DNA of 64,000 nt from an uncultured Holophaga sp. (lineage in GTDB: Bacteria; Acidobacteriota; Holophagae; Holophagales; Holophagaceae), in assembly GCA_963664825.1 (NCBI GenBank), contig OY761614.1, forward strand, positions 544,001-608,000, read 5' to 3'. Position numbers and translations under genes: made by a program. Position 1 is the stretch's first letter, and every line of letters begins with the position of its first letter. The notes beneath the pieces are model-generated. The model did no database searches. It was not told where the DNA came from and saw only the letters and a program-made list of their open reading frames with translations. Positions 20,034 to 33,945 of the stretch are shown here, one piece after another.

Positions 20034-22121
20034 ATGCGCAGCTCCAGCACCTTCGGCGAGATCCAACCCCGGCCCCTGTTTGAACCCGCCATCATGAAGC
20101 GGGCCATCCTGGACGCCTTCCGGAAGCTCAATCCCCTTCATCAGATGAAGAACCCGGTGATGTTCACCGTCTGGGTGGGCAGCGTGCTGACGACCCTGCT
20201 CTTCCTCCAGTCCCTCCTGGGCCATGGGGAGGCCCGGCCGGGCTTCATCCTGGCCATCTCACTCTGGCTCTGGTTCACCCTGCTGTTTGCCAACTTCGCC
20301 GAAGCCATGGCCGAAGGCAGGGGCAAGGCCCAGGCCGATAGCCTGCGCAAGTCCAAGAAGGATGTCATCGCCAAGCTGCTGAGAGCGGAAAAATTCGGAA
20401 CGCCCACGGAAGCCATCGAAGCCTACCGCCTGCGCATCGGAGACGTGGTGCTGGTGGAGGCCGGAGACACCATCCCAGGCGACGGGGACGTGATCGATGG
20501 GGTGGCCTCCGTCAACGAGAGCGCCATCACGGGGGAATCCGCACCCGTGATCCGGGAATCCGGCGGGGATCGCAGCGCCGTCACCGGCGGCACCCTGGTG
20601 CTCTCGGACTGGCTGGTGATCCGCGTCGCCTCCAACCCCGGGGATAGTTTCCTGGACCGCATGATCGCCATGGTGGAGGGGGCCAAGCGCCGGAAGACCC
20701 CCAACGAGATCGCCCTGGATATCCTCCTGGCGGCCCTCACCATCATCTTCCTGCTGGCCACGGCAACGCTTCTCCCCTATAGCGCCTTCGCGGTGAAGGC
20801 TACCGGCCACGGCAGTCCCGTCACGCTCACGGTGCTGGTGGCCCTTCTGGTTTGCCTCATCCCCACCACCATCGGCGGCCTCCTCAGCGCCATCGGCATC
20901 GCGGGCATGGATCGCATGGTCCAGGCCAATGTCATCGCCACCTCGGGACGAGCAGTGGAAGCAGCGGGCGACGTGGACGTGCTTTTGTTAGACAAAACGG
21001 GGACCATCACACTCGGAAACCGCCAGGCCGTGGCCTTCGTGCCCGCACCGGAGATTTCCATCGCACACCTGGCCGACGCCTCCCAGCTATCGAGTCTGGC
21101 CGATGAGACCCCCGAGGGGCGCAGCATCGTGGTGCTGGCCAAGGAGGAATACGGCCTGCGGGAACGCGATATCCACGCCATGGGCGCGAAGTTCATCCCC
21201 TTCACCGCCCAGACCCGTATGAGCGGAGTCGATCTCGAGGGTCGGGAGATCCGCAAGGGTGCCGTTTCCGCCATTGAGGATTACGTCCATGGCCAGGGCG
21301 GCGAATTCCCCGAAAAGCTCCGCATCGAAGTGGACCGCATCGCCCGCCACGGCGGCACGCCCCTGGTGGTGGCCGAAGGCGCCAAGGCCCTCGGCGTGAT
21401 CCACCTGAAGGACATCGTGAAGGGCGGCATCAAGGAGCGCTTCGCCGAACTCCGCCAGATGGGCATCAAGACCGTGATGATCACCGGCGATAACCCCCTC
21501 ACAGCCGCGGCCATCGCCGCCGAAGCCGGCGTGGACGACTTCCTGGCCCAGGCCACCCCCGAGGCCAAGCTCAAGCTCATCCGGGACTACCAGGCCGGCG
21601 GACGGCTGGTGGCCATGACGGGCGACGGCACCAACGACGCCCCGGCCCTGGCCCAAGCCGACGTGGCGGTCGCGATGAATTCCGGCACCCAGGCCGCCAA
21701 GGAAGCCGGCAACATGGTGGATCTGGATTCCAATCCCACCAAGCTCATCGAGATCGTCCGCATCGGCAAGCAGATGCTGATGACCCGGGGCAGCCTCACC
21801 ACCTTCAGCATCGCCAACGATGTGGCCAAGTACTTCGCCATCATCCCCGCGGCCTTTGCCGTCACCTATCCCCAGCTGGCCGTGCTCAACGTGATGCGCC
21901 TCCATAGCCCGGGGAGCGCCATCCTGTCGGCGGTGATCTTCAACGCCCTCATCATCGTGGTCCTCATTCCCCTGGCTCTGAAGGGCGTCAAATACCGCCC
22001 CATGGGCGCCGCAGCCCTCCTGCAACGCAACCTCTTCGTCTACGGTCTGGGCGGCGTCCTCGTCCCCTTCGCCGGGATCAAGGTCCTCGATCTGATCCTG
22101 GTCGCCCTCCATCTGGTGTAG
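20034..22121 (+). CDS. kdpB: K+-transporting ATPase subunit B
   Basis: TGES, DKTGT, TGDN, GDGTND. Start placed downstream of the repeat element; alternative GTG at 19983. Confidence 0.95.
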   Translation: MRSSSTFGEIQPRPLFEPAIMKRAILDAFRKLNPLHQMKNPVMFTVWVGSVLTTLLFLQSLLGHGEARPGFILAISLWLWFTLLFANFAEAMAEGRGKAQADSLRKSKKDVIAKLLRAEKFGTPTEAIEAYRLRIGDVVLVEAGDTIPGDGDVIDGVASVNESAITGESAPVIRESGGDRSAVTGGTLVLSDWLVIRVASNPGDSFLDRMIAMVEGAKRRKTPNEIALDILLAALTIIFLLATATLLPYSAFAVKATGHGSPVTLTVLVALLVCLIPTTIGGLLSAIGIAGMDRMVQANVIATSGRAVEAAGDVDVLLLDKTGTITLGNRQAVAFVPAPEISIAHLADASQLSSLADETPEGRSIVVLAKEEYGLRERDIHAMGAKFIPFTAQTRMSGVDLEGREIRKGAVSAIEDYVHGQGGEFPEKLRIEVDRIARHGGTPLVVAEGAKALGVIHLKDIVKGGIKERFAELRQMGIKTVMITGDNPLTAAAIAAEAGVDDFLAQATPEAKLKLIRDYQAGGRLVAMTGDGTNDAPALAQADVAVAMNSGTQAAKEAGNMVDLDSNPTKLIEIVRIGKQMLMTRGSLTTFSIANDVAKYFAIIPAAFAVTYPQLAVLNVMRLHSPGSAILSAVIFNALIIVVLIPLALKGVKYRPMGAAALLQRNLFVYGLGGVLVPFAGIKVLDLILVALHLV

Positions 22122-22123
22122 CC

Positions 22124-22693
22124 ATGTCCATCATCCGTCCCGCCCTGGTCACCTTCGCCGCCCTCGCGGTCCTCACGGGCTTGGCCTATCCCCTGCTCGT
22201 CACAGGCACCGGCAGGCTCTGCTTCAGGCACCAGGCCCAAGGCAGCCTCATCATCCAGGAGGGTCGCGTTCTGGGCAGCGAACTCATCGGACAGCACACG
22301 GAAGATCCGAAGTACTTCTGGGGTCGGCTTTCGGCCACGGGAGATTTCCCCACCAATGCCGCCAATTCCGGCGGTTCCAACCTGGCCCCCAGCAATCCGG
22401 CCCTGGCTGCCACCGCACAACGACGCATCCAGGTTCTCCGGAAAGCCGATCCCGGCAACACTCAGGCCCTGCCCGTGGATCTCGTCACGGCCTCCGCCAG
22501 TGGCCTGGACCCTCATATCAGTCCTGCTGCGGCGGCCTACCAGGTGGCCCGGGTGGCCCGGGTACGGGGATTACCGGTTTCCAGAGTCCAGGCACTGGTC
22601 AAGCAGCATACCCAGGGCCGCACATTCGGATTCCTGGGGGAACCTCGGGTCCATGTCCTCCAGCTCAATCTCGAGCTGGATGGCCAACGGTAA
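22124..22693 (+). CDS. kdpC: K+-transporting ATPase subunit C
   Basis: GSELIGQ, SGGSNL, VTASASGLDPHIS. Confidence 0.95.
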   Translation: MSIIRPALVTFAALAVLTGLAYPLLVTGTGRLCFRHQAQGSLIIQEGRVLGSELIGQHTEDPKYFWGRLSATGDFPTNAANSGGSNLAPSNPALAATAQRRIQVLRKADPGNTQALPVDLVTASASGLDPHISPAAAAYQVARVARVRGLPVSRVQALVKQHTQGRTFGFLGEPRVHVLQLNLELDGQR

Positions 22694-22725
22694 AGGTCCA
22701 GACAGGATCAGGCCTCCAAGGTCCC

Positions 22726-25494
22726 GTGATCGAGATAAAAAGAAAAGGTATTGGCTATTCCGTGACGGCCCCTAAGCTTGAGATTGTGGAACCTAAACGG
22801 CCTGATCCCGATGCCCTCCTCCGGAAAGTCCAGGAGGATGAAGCGCGACAGGCCCGGGCCAAGCTGAAGATATTCTTCGGCATGGCGCCGGGGGTGGGGA
22901 AGACCTACGCCATGCTCCAGGATGCCCAGGACCGCCTGGATCAGGGCCTGGACGTGATCATCGGCGTGGTGGAGACCCATGACCGCCCGGAGACCGCCGC
23001 CCTGCTCGCGGGACTCAAGACCCTGCCGAAACGCACCCTGCCCTACCGGGGGATCAGCCTGGAGGAGTTCGATCTCCAGAGCGCCATCCTGCGAAAGCCC
23101 CAGCTGATCCTCATGGACGAATTGGCCCACACCAATGTGCAGGGTTCCATCCATGGCAAACGCTGGCAGGACGTGTGGGATCTCCTGGACGCCGGCATCG
23201 ATGTCTACACCACCGTCAACGTCCAACACATCGAGAGCCTCAAGGATATCGTCGCCCAGATCACGGGGGTCATCGTGCGGGAGAGCATCCCCGATACGAT
23301 CCTGGCCCGGGCCGACGAGATCGAACTGGTGGATCTGCCCCCGGAGGAGCTCATCCAGCGCCTGAGGGAGGGCAAGGTCTACGTCCCCGATCAGGCCCGG
23401 CATGCCATCGACCGATTCTTCCGGAAGGGAAACCTCCTGGCCCTGCGGGAACTAGCCCTGCGGCGCACGGCCGACCACGTGGATGCCGATATGCGGCGCT
23501 ACATGTCCGACCAGGGCATCGCCCAGACCTGGGCAACGGACGAGCGCCTGCTGGTCTGCATCAGCCCGGCCCCGGAATCCGCCCGGCTCATCCGCGCCAC
23601 CCAGCGCCTGGCCGAACGCATCAAGGCCAGTTGGATCGCGGCCTACGTGGAAACGGGCCAGTTACGCCACTCGGAGAAGGACCGGGAGCAGATCGAGGAG
23701 CATCTGCGCCTGGTGGAGCGCCTGGGAGGCGAGACCGCCGTCCTCCAGGGGGATCTCTCCCTGGCCGACGATCTGGTGGCGCTGGCCATCACCCGCAACG
23801 CCACGCGGATCCTGGTGGGCAAGCCTGGAGGACCCGCCTGGGCGCGGCTCTTCAGGCCTTCCATCGTGGATAAATTGGTGCGCAGCTGCGGCAGCATCGA
23901 TGTGATGGTCGTTGCCCGGGACCGCAATCCGGAGGCCGTTCCCTCAAGGACGCCGACGCCACGGCCCCATCCCTTTCCCGCCGCGGGGCGCTTCCTCTGG
24001 GCCGCGCTGGTGGTGGCCCTCGCCACAGGCATCGGGCTGCTGATGCAGATGCAGCGCTTCGAATTCGCCGATATTGTCATGGTCTATGTGCTGGGCATCC
24101 TCATCGTGGCCACCCGCGTGGGGCGCTGGCCTTCGGTGGGGGCTTCCCTCCTCAGCGTGGCCGCCCTGGATTTCTTCTTCGTGAGCCCCAAATACTCCTT
24201 CCGGTTTTCCGACGCCAAGCACGCGGGCACCTTCCTGGTGATGCTGGCCGTGGGCATCGTCATCGGCAACCTCAGCGAGCGCATCCGCGCCCAGGTGCGC
24301 CTCGCCCGGGTCCGGGAGCGGCGCACCCACGCCCTCTTCAGCCTGACGGCCGAGCTCACCCGCAGCGGAGGATCGGCCCTCATGGTGCAATCCGCCATCC
24401 ACAATGTGGCCGCCCAGTTCCAGAGCCAGGCTTCCATCCTGCTGCCCAATGCCCAAGGGAACCTCAAACCCCAGACGGAATCCGAATGGTCCGGCGGCTT
24501 CAGCGCCGAGGAGCTGGGCGTGGCCCAGTGGACCTTCGATCACGTCGAGGCCGCGGGCCTGGGCACCGACACCCTGCCTGGTGCAAAGTCCCTGTACCTG
24601 CCCCTGAGGGGTTCCCGGGGCTCCATCGGCGTCCTGGCCATGCGCCCCGAAGGCCCCCCCCATTGGATGGAGCCCGATCAGCGCCATCTGCTGGACGCCT
24701 TCGCCAGCCAGACGGCCCTGGCCCTGGAGCGGGCCCTCCTCTCGGAAAGGAGCACCAAGACCCAGCGCCAGGTGGATCGCGAACAGCTTCGAAACGCCCT
24801 GCTGTCCTCGGTCTCCCACGATCTCCGCACACCCCTGGGCTGCATCCTGGGCGCCGCCAGCACCCTCCTGGAAAGCCAGGCGCAGCTGGGACCGGAGGAG
24901 CGGAAGGAACTGATGGAGACCATCCACGGTGAGGCCCTTCAGCTCCAGCGCCTGGTGTGCAATCTCCTGGACGTGACGCGCCTGGAATCAGGCGTGGTGG
25001 AGGTGAAGAAGGAGTGGGTGCCCGTGGAGGAACTCGTCGGCACGGCCCTGGAACGCCTGAAGCGCGTGCTGGGCTCCCGGGAAATCAAGGTGGAGCTGCC
25101 GCCCAAACTCCCCCTCATCCCCATGGACCCCGTGCTGATGGAACAGGTGCTGGTGAACCTGCTGGAGAATGCGAGCAAATACTCCCCCGCCGATCAGCCC
25201 ATCGAGATCCGGGCCTGGGCCACGGATCGTGCCCTCACCCTCGCCATCGCCGATCACGGCAGCGGCCTCCCCGAGGGACTCGAGGAGAAGATCTTCGATA
25301 AGCTCGTCAAGGCCGCCAATCCCCATGGCCGCCCGGGTGCGGGTCTGGGGCTCGCCATCTGCAAGGGCATCGTGAGGGCCCATGGCGGCTGGATCCAGGG
25401 CAGCAACCGTCCCCAGGGCGGCGCCCAGTTCCTCGTGAGCCTGCCCCTGGAGGCCCCTCCGCCCGAGACCCCGGAAGAAGGCGAGAATGCCTGA
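22726..25494 (+). CDS. kdpD: Sensor histidine kinase KdpD (full length)
   Basis: GMAPGVGKTYAML, DELAHTN, USP domain, 4 TM, GAF, SHDLRTPL. True start may be a GTG up to ~60 nt downstream. Confidence 0.95.
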   Translation: MIEIKRKGIGYSVTAPKLEIVEPKRPDPDALLRKVQEDEARQARAKLKIFFGMAPGVGKTYAMLQDAQDRLDQGLDVIIGVVETHDRPETAALLAGLKTLPKRTLPYRGISLEEFDLQSAILRKPQLILMDELAHTNVQGSIHGKRWQDVWDLLDAGIDVYTTVNVQHIESLKDIVAQITGVIVRESIPDTILARADEIELVDLPPEELIQRLREGKVYVPDQARHAIDRFFRKGNLLALRELALRRTADHVDADMRRYMSDQGIAQTWATDERLLVCISPAPESARLIRATQRLAERIKASWIAAYVETGQLRHSEKDREQIEEHLRLVERLGGETAVLQGDLSLADDLVALAITRNATRILVGKPGGPAWARLFRPSIVDKLVRSCGSIDVMVVARDRNPEAVPSRTPTPRPHPFPAAGRFLWAALVVALATGIGLLMQMQRFEFADIVMVYVLGILIVATRVGRWPSVGASLLSVAALDFFFVSPKYSFRFSDAKHAGTFLVMLAVGIVIGNLSERIRAQVRLARVRERRTHALFSLTAELTRSGGSALMVQSAIHNVAAQFQSQASILLPNAQGNLKPQTESEWSGGFSAEELGVAQWTFDHVEAAGLGTDTLPGAKSLYLPLRGSRGSIGVLAMRPEGPPHWMEPDQRHLLDAFASQTALALERALLSERSTKTQRQVDREQLRNALLSSVSHDLRTPLGCILGAASTLLESQAQLGPEERKELMETIHGEALQLQRLVCNLLDVTRLESGVVEVKKEWVPVEELVGTALERLKRVLGSREIKVELPPKLPLIPMDPVLMEQVLVNLLENASKYSPADQPIEIRAWATDRALTLAIADHGSGLPEGLEEKIFDKLVKAANPHGRPGAGLGLAICKGIVRAHGGWIQGSNRPQGGAQFLVSLPLEAPPPETPEEGENA

Positions 25495-26245
25495 AGGAAA
25501 GGCCCAGCTCCCGGAGGCCGCCGACCCAAAACGGCCTGGACCCGGCTTCGCCCTGGGGTCCCCCCACATCCTCGTCATCGACGACGAGCCCCCCATCCGG
25601 CGCTACCTCAAGGCCACCCTGGAGGCTCAAGGGTACGTCCTCCGGGAGGCCACCACGGCCGCCGAGGGCGAGGCCCTGGCCCTCAGCCATCCCCCGGATG
25701 TGATCCTGCTGGATCTGGGCCTGCCGGACCTGGATGGCATCGAGCTGGCCCGGCGCCTGCGGATGGAGTGCCCCTCGCCCATCATCGTGATCTCGGCCAG
25801 GGGCCGGGAGGCCGACAAGATCCAGGCCCTGGACGCCGGCGCCGATGACTACCTGACCAAGCCCTTCAGCACCGGCGAACTGATGGCGCGGATTCGCGTG
25901 GCCCTGCGCCACGGGAGAAGGGGCGGCAACGCCCCGGAGGAACCCGTCTTCGAACTGGGCACCTGGCGCGTGGACTTGTTGCGCCGGGAGGTCACCCTGG
26001 CGGGCCAGAGCGTCCACCTCACGCCCAACGAATACCGCCTGTTCACCACCCTCATCGCCAACGCAGGCAGGGTCCTCACCCATCGCCAGCTGCTCAAGGA
26101 GGTCTGGGGCGGCGTGGCCGGAGCCCAGCCCCACTACCTCCGTGTCTACATGGCCCAGCTTCGCCAGAAACTCGAAGCCGAGCCCGCCCGGCCCCGGTAC
26201 CTGATCACCGAACCGGGTGTGGGATACCGCTTGAGGGTGGAGTAG
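25487..26245 (+). CDS. kdpE: Response regulator KdpE
   Basis: LLDLGLPDLDG, GADDYLTKPF, HYLRVYMAQLRQKLE, TEPGVGYR. Confidence 0.93.
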   Translation: MPEGKAQLPEAADPKRPGPGFALGSPHILVIDDEPPIRRYLKATLEAQGYVLREATTAAEGEALALSHPPDVILLDLGLPDLDGIELARRLRMECPSPIIVISARGREADKIQALDAGADDYLTKPFSTGELMARIRVALRHGRRGGNAPEEPVFELGTWRVDLLRREVTLAGQSVHLTPNEYRLFTTLIANAGRVLTHRQLLKEVWGGVAGAQPHYLRVYMAQLRQKLEAEPARPRYLITEPGVGYRLRVE

Positions 26246-26247
26246 GC

Positions 26248-27498
26248 CTACCTGGCCAGGGAGATCTTCCCATCCGGGGGCATCTGGGGGGGACGGCCCT
26301 TGGGTGAAGCCACGGGGGGCGCATAGGGGGTGGGAGGCTCCAACAGGCTGCCGCCGGATTCCCGCCCACCACCGGTGGTGATGGACATGCCGCGTTCCAT
26401 GCTGGTGCGGGCCATATCGCCGGTGGCCATGATGCCCTCGAGCTTGAGCTTGAATTCGCCCACATTGGTGGCGCGTTTGAGGGCCTCGTCGATGGTGATC
26501 AGGCCCTCCTGGAGCAGGAAGTAGAGGCTCTGGTCGAAGGTCTGCATACCGTATTGGCTGGTGCCAGTGGCGATGATATCCCGCAGCCCCTTGGTGCGTT
26601 CCTTGTCCTCGATGCAGGCGCGAACGGTTTCCGTGGAGATGAGCACTTCGACGGCGGGCACGCGGCCCTGGCCATCGGCCCGGGGCACCAGGCGCTGGGA
26701 GATGACGGCCTTGAGCACCTGGGCCAATTGCAGGCGGATCTGCTTCTGGTGATGGGGGGGAAAATTGCTGATGATGCGGTTGATGGTCTCCGTGGCGTCC
26801 AGGGTATGGAGGGTCGAGAACACCAGATGGCCCGTCTCGGCGGCGTGGATGGCGGTCTCGATGGTCTCCAGGTCCCGCATCTCGCCCACCAGAATCACAT
26901 CGGGATCCTGGCGCATGGCGGCCCGCAGGGCCGAGGCGAAGCTCTTGCAATCGGCCTCCACCTCCCGCTGGTTGATGATGGAGAGATTGTCCCGATGCAG
27001 GTACTCGATGGGATCCTCGATGGTGAGGATGTGCTCGTTCCGGGTCGAATTGATGAGATCGATCAGGGCGGCCAGGGTCGTGGACTTGCCCGAACCCGTG
27101 GTGCCGGTTACCAGGACCAGTCCGCGCTGTTCTTCGGCCAGCTTATTGAGGACCCGGGGCAGCATCAGATCCTCGATGCTGAAGATGCGCCGGGGGATCA
27201 CCCGTAGCACCATGCCCACGGTGCCGCGCTGATTGAAGATATTGCAACGGAAGCGCCCCAGGGCGGGCACCGAATAGGCCAAGTCGATGTCCATGTTCTC
27301 TTTGAACTTCGCCTTCTGGCGGTCCGAGGACATGATCGAGTAGGCCATGGCGATGGTGTCTTCCTGCACCAGTTTCTTGAACTGGCTCAAGGGCGTCAGG
27401 TGGCCCTTCACGCGGGCGATGGGGAAATTGCCCACCTTGAGGTGGAGATCGGATCCGCCCAGATCCACCACGGTGGTCAGGAGTTCATTGATGTGCAT
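26248..27498 (-). CDS. pilT: Type IV pilus retraction ATPase, PilT/PilU family
   Basis: SDLHL, GTTGSGKSTT, EDPIEY, RQDPDVILVGEMRD, ETGHLVFSTLHT, GMQTFDQ. Confidence 0.88.
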   Translation of the reverse strand: MHINELLTTVVDLGGSDLHLKVGNFPIARVKGHLTPLSQFKKLVQEDTIAMAYSIMSSDRQKAKFKENMDIDLAYSVPALGRFRCNIFNQRGTVGMVLRVIPRRIFSIEDLMLPRVLNKLAEEQRGLVLVTGTTGSGKSTTLAALIDLINSTRNEHILTIEDPIEYLHRDNLSIINQREVEADCKSFASALRAAMRQDPDVILVGEMRDLETIETAIHAAETGHLVFSTLHTLDATETINRIISNFPPHHQKQIRLQLAQVLKAVISQRLVPRADGQGRVPAVEVLISTETVRACIEDKERTKGLRDIIATGTSQYGMQTFDQSLYFLLQEGLITIDEALKRATNVGEFKLKLEGIMATGDMARTSMERGMSITTGGGRESGGSLLEPPTPYAPPVASPKGRPPQMPPDGKISLAR

Positions 27499-27691
27499 GC
27501 ACGGCTCCGGGAGCTTGTTTTCGCCTCATCATACAGCCCCTGAGAGGAGCCTGGGACCCGGGGAATGGAATCTTGCCTCGGAAAAGTTGCCGTACGCTGG
27601 TAAAATCATCGGTTCGGCCCGCCCTTCCTCCTGAACCGGAGGCTCGGGTCCCCTTGAGCCCAGGCCCCAAGCCTCTTGCCCCGAGTCCCCC

Positions 27692-29518
27692 ATGACGCCC
27701 ATCGAAAAATTCCGCAACATCGCCATCATCGCCCACGTGGACCATGGGAAGACCTCCCTGGTGGACGCGATGTTCAAGACCGCCCACGTCTTCCGCGACA
27801 ACCAGCGGGTGGTGGAGCAGGCCATGGACTCCAACGACCAGGAGCGGGAGCGGGGCATCACGATCCTGGCCAAGACCACGGCCATCCATTGGGGCGGCTA
27901 TCGCTTCAATATCGTGGACACCCCCGGCCACGCCGATTTCGGCGGGGAAGTGGAGCGCGTGCTCAGCATGGTGGACTCGGTGATCCTGGTGGTGGATGCC
28001 TTCGACGGCCCCATGCCCCAGACCAAGTTCGTGACGCGCAAGGCCCTGGCCCTGGGCCTCAAGCCCATCGTCGTCATCAACAAGGTGGATCGCCCCGGTG
28101 CACGCCCCATGTGGACCCAAGATGCCGTCTTCGAGCTCCTGATCGAACTGGGGGCCCATGACGATCAGTTGGATTTCCCCACGGTCTTCACCTCCGCCAA
28201 GCTCGGCTACGCGGTCCATGACATCAATGACAACCCCGAGAACATGGACCCGCTCTTCGATACCATCGTGAAGTACTGCCCGAGCCCCAAGGGTAATCCG
28301 GACCAGCCCCTCCAGATGCAGGTCACCCTCATGGACTACAACGATTTCGTGGGCCAGATCGGCGTAGGCCGCATCTTCAATGGCACCATCAAGATCGGCG
28401 ACCAGGTGGCCCTGGTGAAGCGCGATAGCAGCATCCAGCAGCACAAGGTGACCATGCTCTACGGCTTCGAGGGTCTCACCCGGGTGAACCTCACGGAGGC
28501 CAGTGCCGGCAACATCATCGCGCTGGCGGGCATTCCCGATATTCGCGTGGGCGAGACCATCACCAGCCTGGAGAACCCCGTGGGCCTGCCCTACGTGGAC
28601 ATCGACGAGCCGACCATCTCCATGATGTTCATGGTGAACACGGGTCCCTTCTCGGGCCAGGATGGCAAATACACCCAGTCCCGCCGCATCCGCGAGCGCC
28701 TTATGAAGGAGCTGCAGTACAACGTGGCCCTGCGGGTCGAGGACACCGAGAACGCCGATAGCTGGAAGGTCAGCGGCCGCGGCGAACTACATCTCTCCGT
28801 GCTCATCGAGACCATGCGCCGGGAAGGCTTCGAACTCTGCGTGAGCCGCCCCGAAGTCATCACCCACACCAACCCCGAAACCGGGGAGAAGGAAGAGCCC
28901 TACGAGGATCTCCAGGTGGACGTGCCCGACACCTACATGGGTGTGGTCATGGAGAAGCTGGGCTCCCGCAAGGCCGAGATGCAGGACATGGGCAACGAGA
29001 TGGGCCGCGTGCGCCTGCACTTCAAGATCCCCAGTCGCGGCCTCATCGGATACCGGTCGGAGTGCATGACCGACACCCGGGGCGAAGGCATCCTCAATAG
29101 CACCTTCAGCCACTACGGCCCCTATCGCGGCGATATGCCCAGCCGCAAGAACGGCGTGCTCATCAGCATGGACGCCTGCGAATCCGTGGGTTTCGCCATC
29201 ATGAACCTGGAGGACCGCGGCAAGTTCTTCATCCAACCCGGCACCAAGTGCTACGAGGGCATGATCGTCGGCGAGCACTGCCGCGATAACGATCTGGTGG
29301 TCAACGTCGCCAAGGCCAAGAAGCTCTCCAATATGCGCACCAGCAGCAGCGACGAGGCCACGCGCCTCACGCCCCCCCTGGAGCACACGCTGGAGCAGGC
29401 CCTGGAATACATCGACGACGACGAGCTGGTGGAAGTGACGCCCAACTTCATCCGCATGCGCAAGAAGGTGCTCGGCACCGCCGACCGGAAAAAATCAGAA
29501 AAGCGTTCGGACTCTTAG
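27692..29518 (+). CDS. typA: Translational GTPase TypA/BipA
   Basis: [38 protein letters not shown]. Confidence 0.96.
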   Translation: MTPIEKFRNIAIIAHVDHGKTSLVDAMFKTAHVFRDNQRVVEQAMDSNDQERERGITILAKTTAIHWGGYRFNIVDTPGHADFGGEVERVLSMVDSVILVVDAFDGPMPQTKFVTRKALALGLKPIVVINKVDRPGARPMWTQDAVFELLIELGAHDDQLDFPTVFTSAKLGYAVHDINDNPENMDPLFDTIVKYCPSPKGNPDQPLQMQVTLMDYNDFVGQIGVGRIFNGTIKIGDQVALVKRDSSIQQHKVTMLYGFEGLTRVNLTEASAGNIIALAGIPDIRVGETITSLENPVGLPYVDIDEPTISMMFMVNTGPFSGQDGKYTQSRRIRERLMKELQYNVALRVEDTENADSWKVSGRGELHLSVLIETMRREGFELCVSRPEVITHTNPETGEKEEPYEDLQVDVPDTYMGVVMEKLGSRKAEMQDMGNEMGRVRLHFKIPSRGLIGYRSECMTDTRGEGILNSTFSHYGPYRGDMPSRKNGVLISMDACESVGFAIMNLEDRGKFFIQPGTKCYEGMIVGEHCRDNDLVVNVAKAKKLSNMRTSSSDEATRLTPPLEHTLEQALEYIDDDELVEVTPNFIRMRKKVLGTADRKKSEKRSDS

Positions 29519-29529
29519 TCGCACAGAGG

Positions 29530-29600
29530 TCTTCGCATCCGCAGGATGCGAAGAGGAACGCGCAAAGGCCCCATGGATCCTCAGGATCCATGGGGCCTTT
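29530..29600 (+). terminator. Tandem hairpins after typA
   Basis: tcttcgcatcc-gca-ggatgcgaaga, then perfect 17-bp IR aaaggccccatggatcc-tca-ggatccatggggccttt. Confidence 0.75.
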
Positions 29601-29839
29601 AGATTAATAGGCCTGATCCAGGCGGCTTGCAAACTACTCAGGTGCCGGGGAGATCGCCCAGGGTCCCTGTCTTCCCCAGGCTGGAGCCCATGGCCGGAGC
29701 CGGAGCCAGGCTCCTGATCGTCGGGGCGATTCGCGGCGAAGCCACCCACGGACTTTGCGGGTTCCCTTGGAGGACAACGCGAGACGTACAACACAAAAGG
29801 CCCAGACAAACCGGGCCTTCGTGAGTCTCGATTGGGTTT

Positions 29840-29969
29840 GCTTAGGCCAGAGCGTTCACCTTCTCGACATCCCCTCCGGGGATATACGAGACTCCACAGA
29901 CAAAGAGCCCAGCTCAAGGCTAGGCTCCCGGTGGTAGCTGCGACCCGCTTACGCCAGAGCGTTCACCTT
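29840..29969. repeat. 23-bp direct repeat of the rpsT 3' end (22/23 identical)
   Basis: gcttaggccagagcgttcacctt (29840-29862) vs gcttacgccagagcgttcacctt (29947-29969). Confidence 0.8.
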
Positions 29970-30212
29970 GAGGGTGAGGCGGGACTTGGCGCGATTGGCG
30001 ACGTTCTTGTGGATGACGCCCTTTCGCACGGCCTTGTCCACGACGCCCAGGGTGGCGGGGAGCAGGGCAGCGGCCTCGGCCTTCTTGCCCGTCGCAACGG
30101 CGCTCAGGAAGATCTTGAGGGTGCTCTTCATGGCCGACCTGTTTGCGCGATTGCGCAGACGGGCCTCGACGTCATGATGGGCTTTTTTCAATGCAGACTT
30201 GTGGTTGGCCAT
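29949..30212 (-). CDS. rpsT: 30S ribosomal protein S20
   Basis: MANHKSALK...RNRANRSAMKS...KGVIHKNVANRAKSRL, 87 aa. Confidence 0.96.
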   Translation of the reverse strand: MANHKSALKKAHHDVEARLRNRANRSAMKSTLKIFLSAVATGKKAEAAALLPATLGVVDKAVRKGVIHKNVANRAKSRLTLKVNALA

Positions 30213-30261
30213 TCGAGGACTCCTGCTTCTGGGAGATTCGGCCCCTGAAGCGCGAAGGTTT

Positions 30262-30289
30262 ATCTTACCTTTGTGGCGTTCAAAGTCAA
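30262..30289 (-). promoter_or_regulatory. Putative sigma70 promoter of rpsT
   Basis: TTGACT-16 nt-TAAGAT on the minus strand. Confidence 0.6.
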
Positions 30290-30381
30290 GGGGAAAGAAG
30301 GCTCTTCCGGGCAATTCTTGGGCTTCCTGAGTCCGCTCATCCAGGGCATCCTAGTCGGAGGCCCCAGGCTTCCGGATAAGG

Positions 30382-33799
<3,418 letters not shown>

Positions 33800-33945
33800 T
33801 TCCTGGAGGGGCCCCGCACTCCGTAACATTCGCAAAAAGTAAGGACTAAGCCCTCAGCCACAGACCTCGTAACATGATGCAGCCCCCGTCCCACACCCTT
33901 GGGTCCGGGCCTTCCTGTTCCGAATATGTGGAAAGGACCCTCGTC

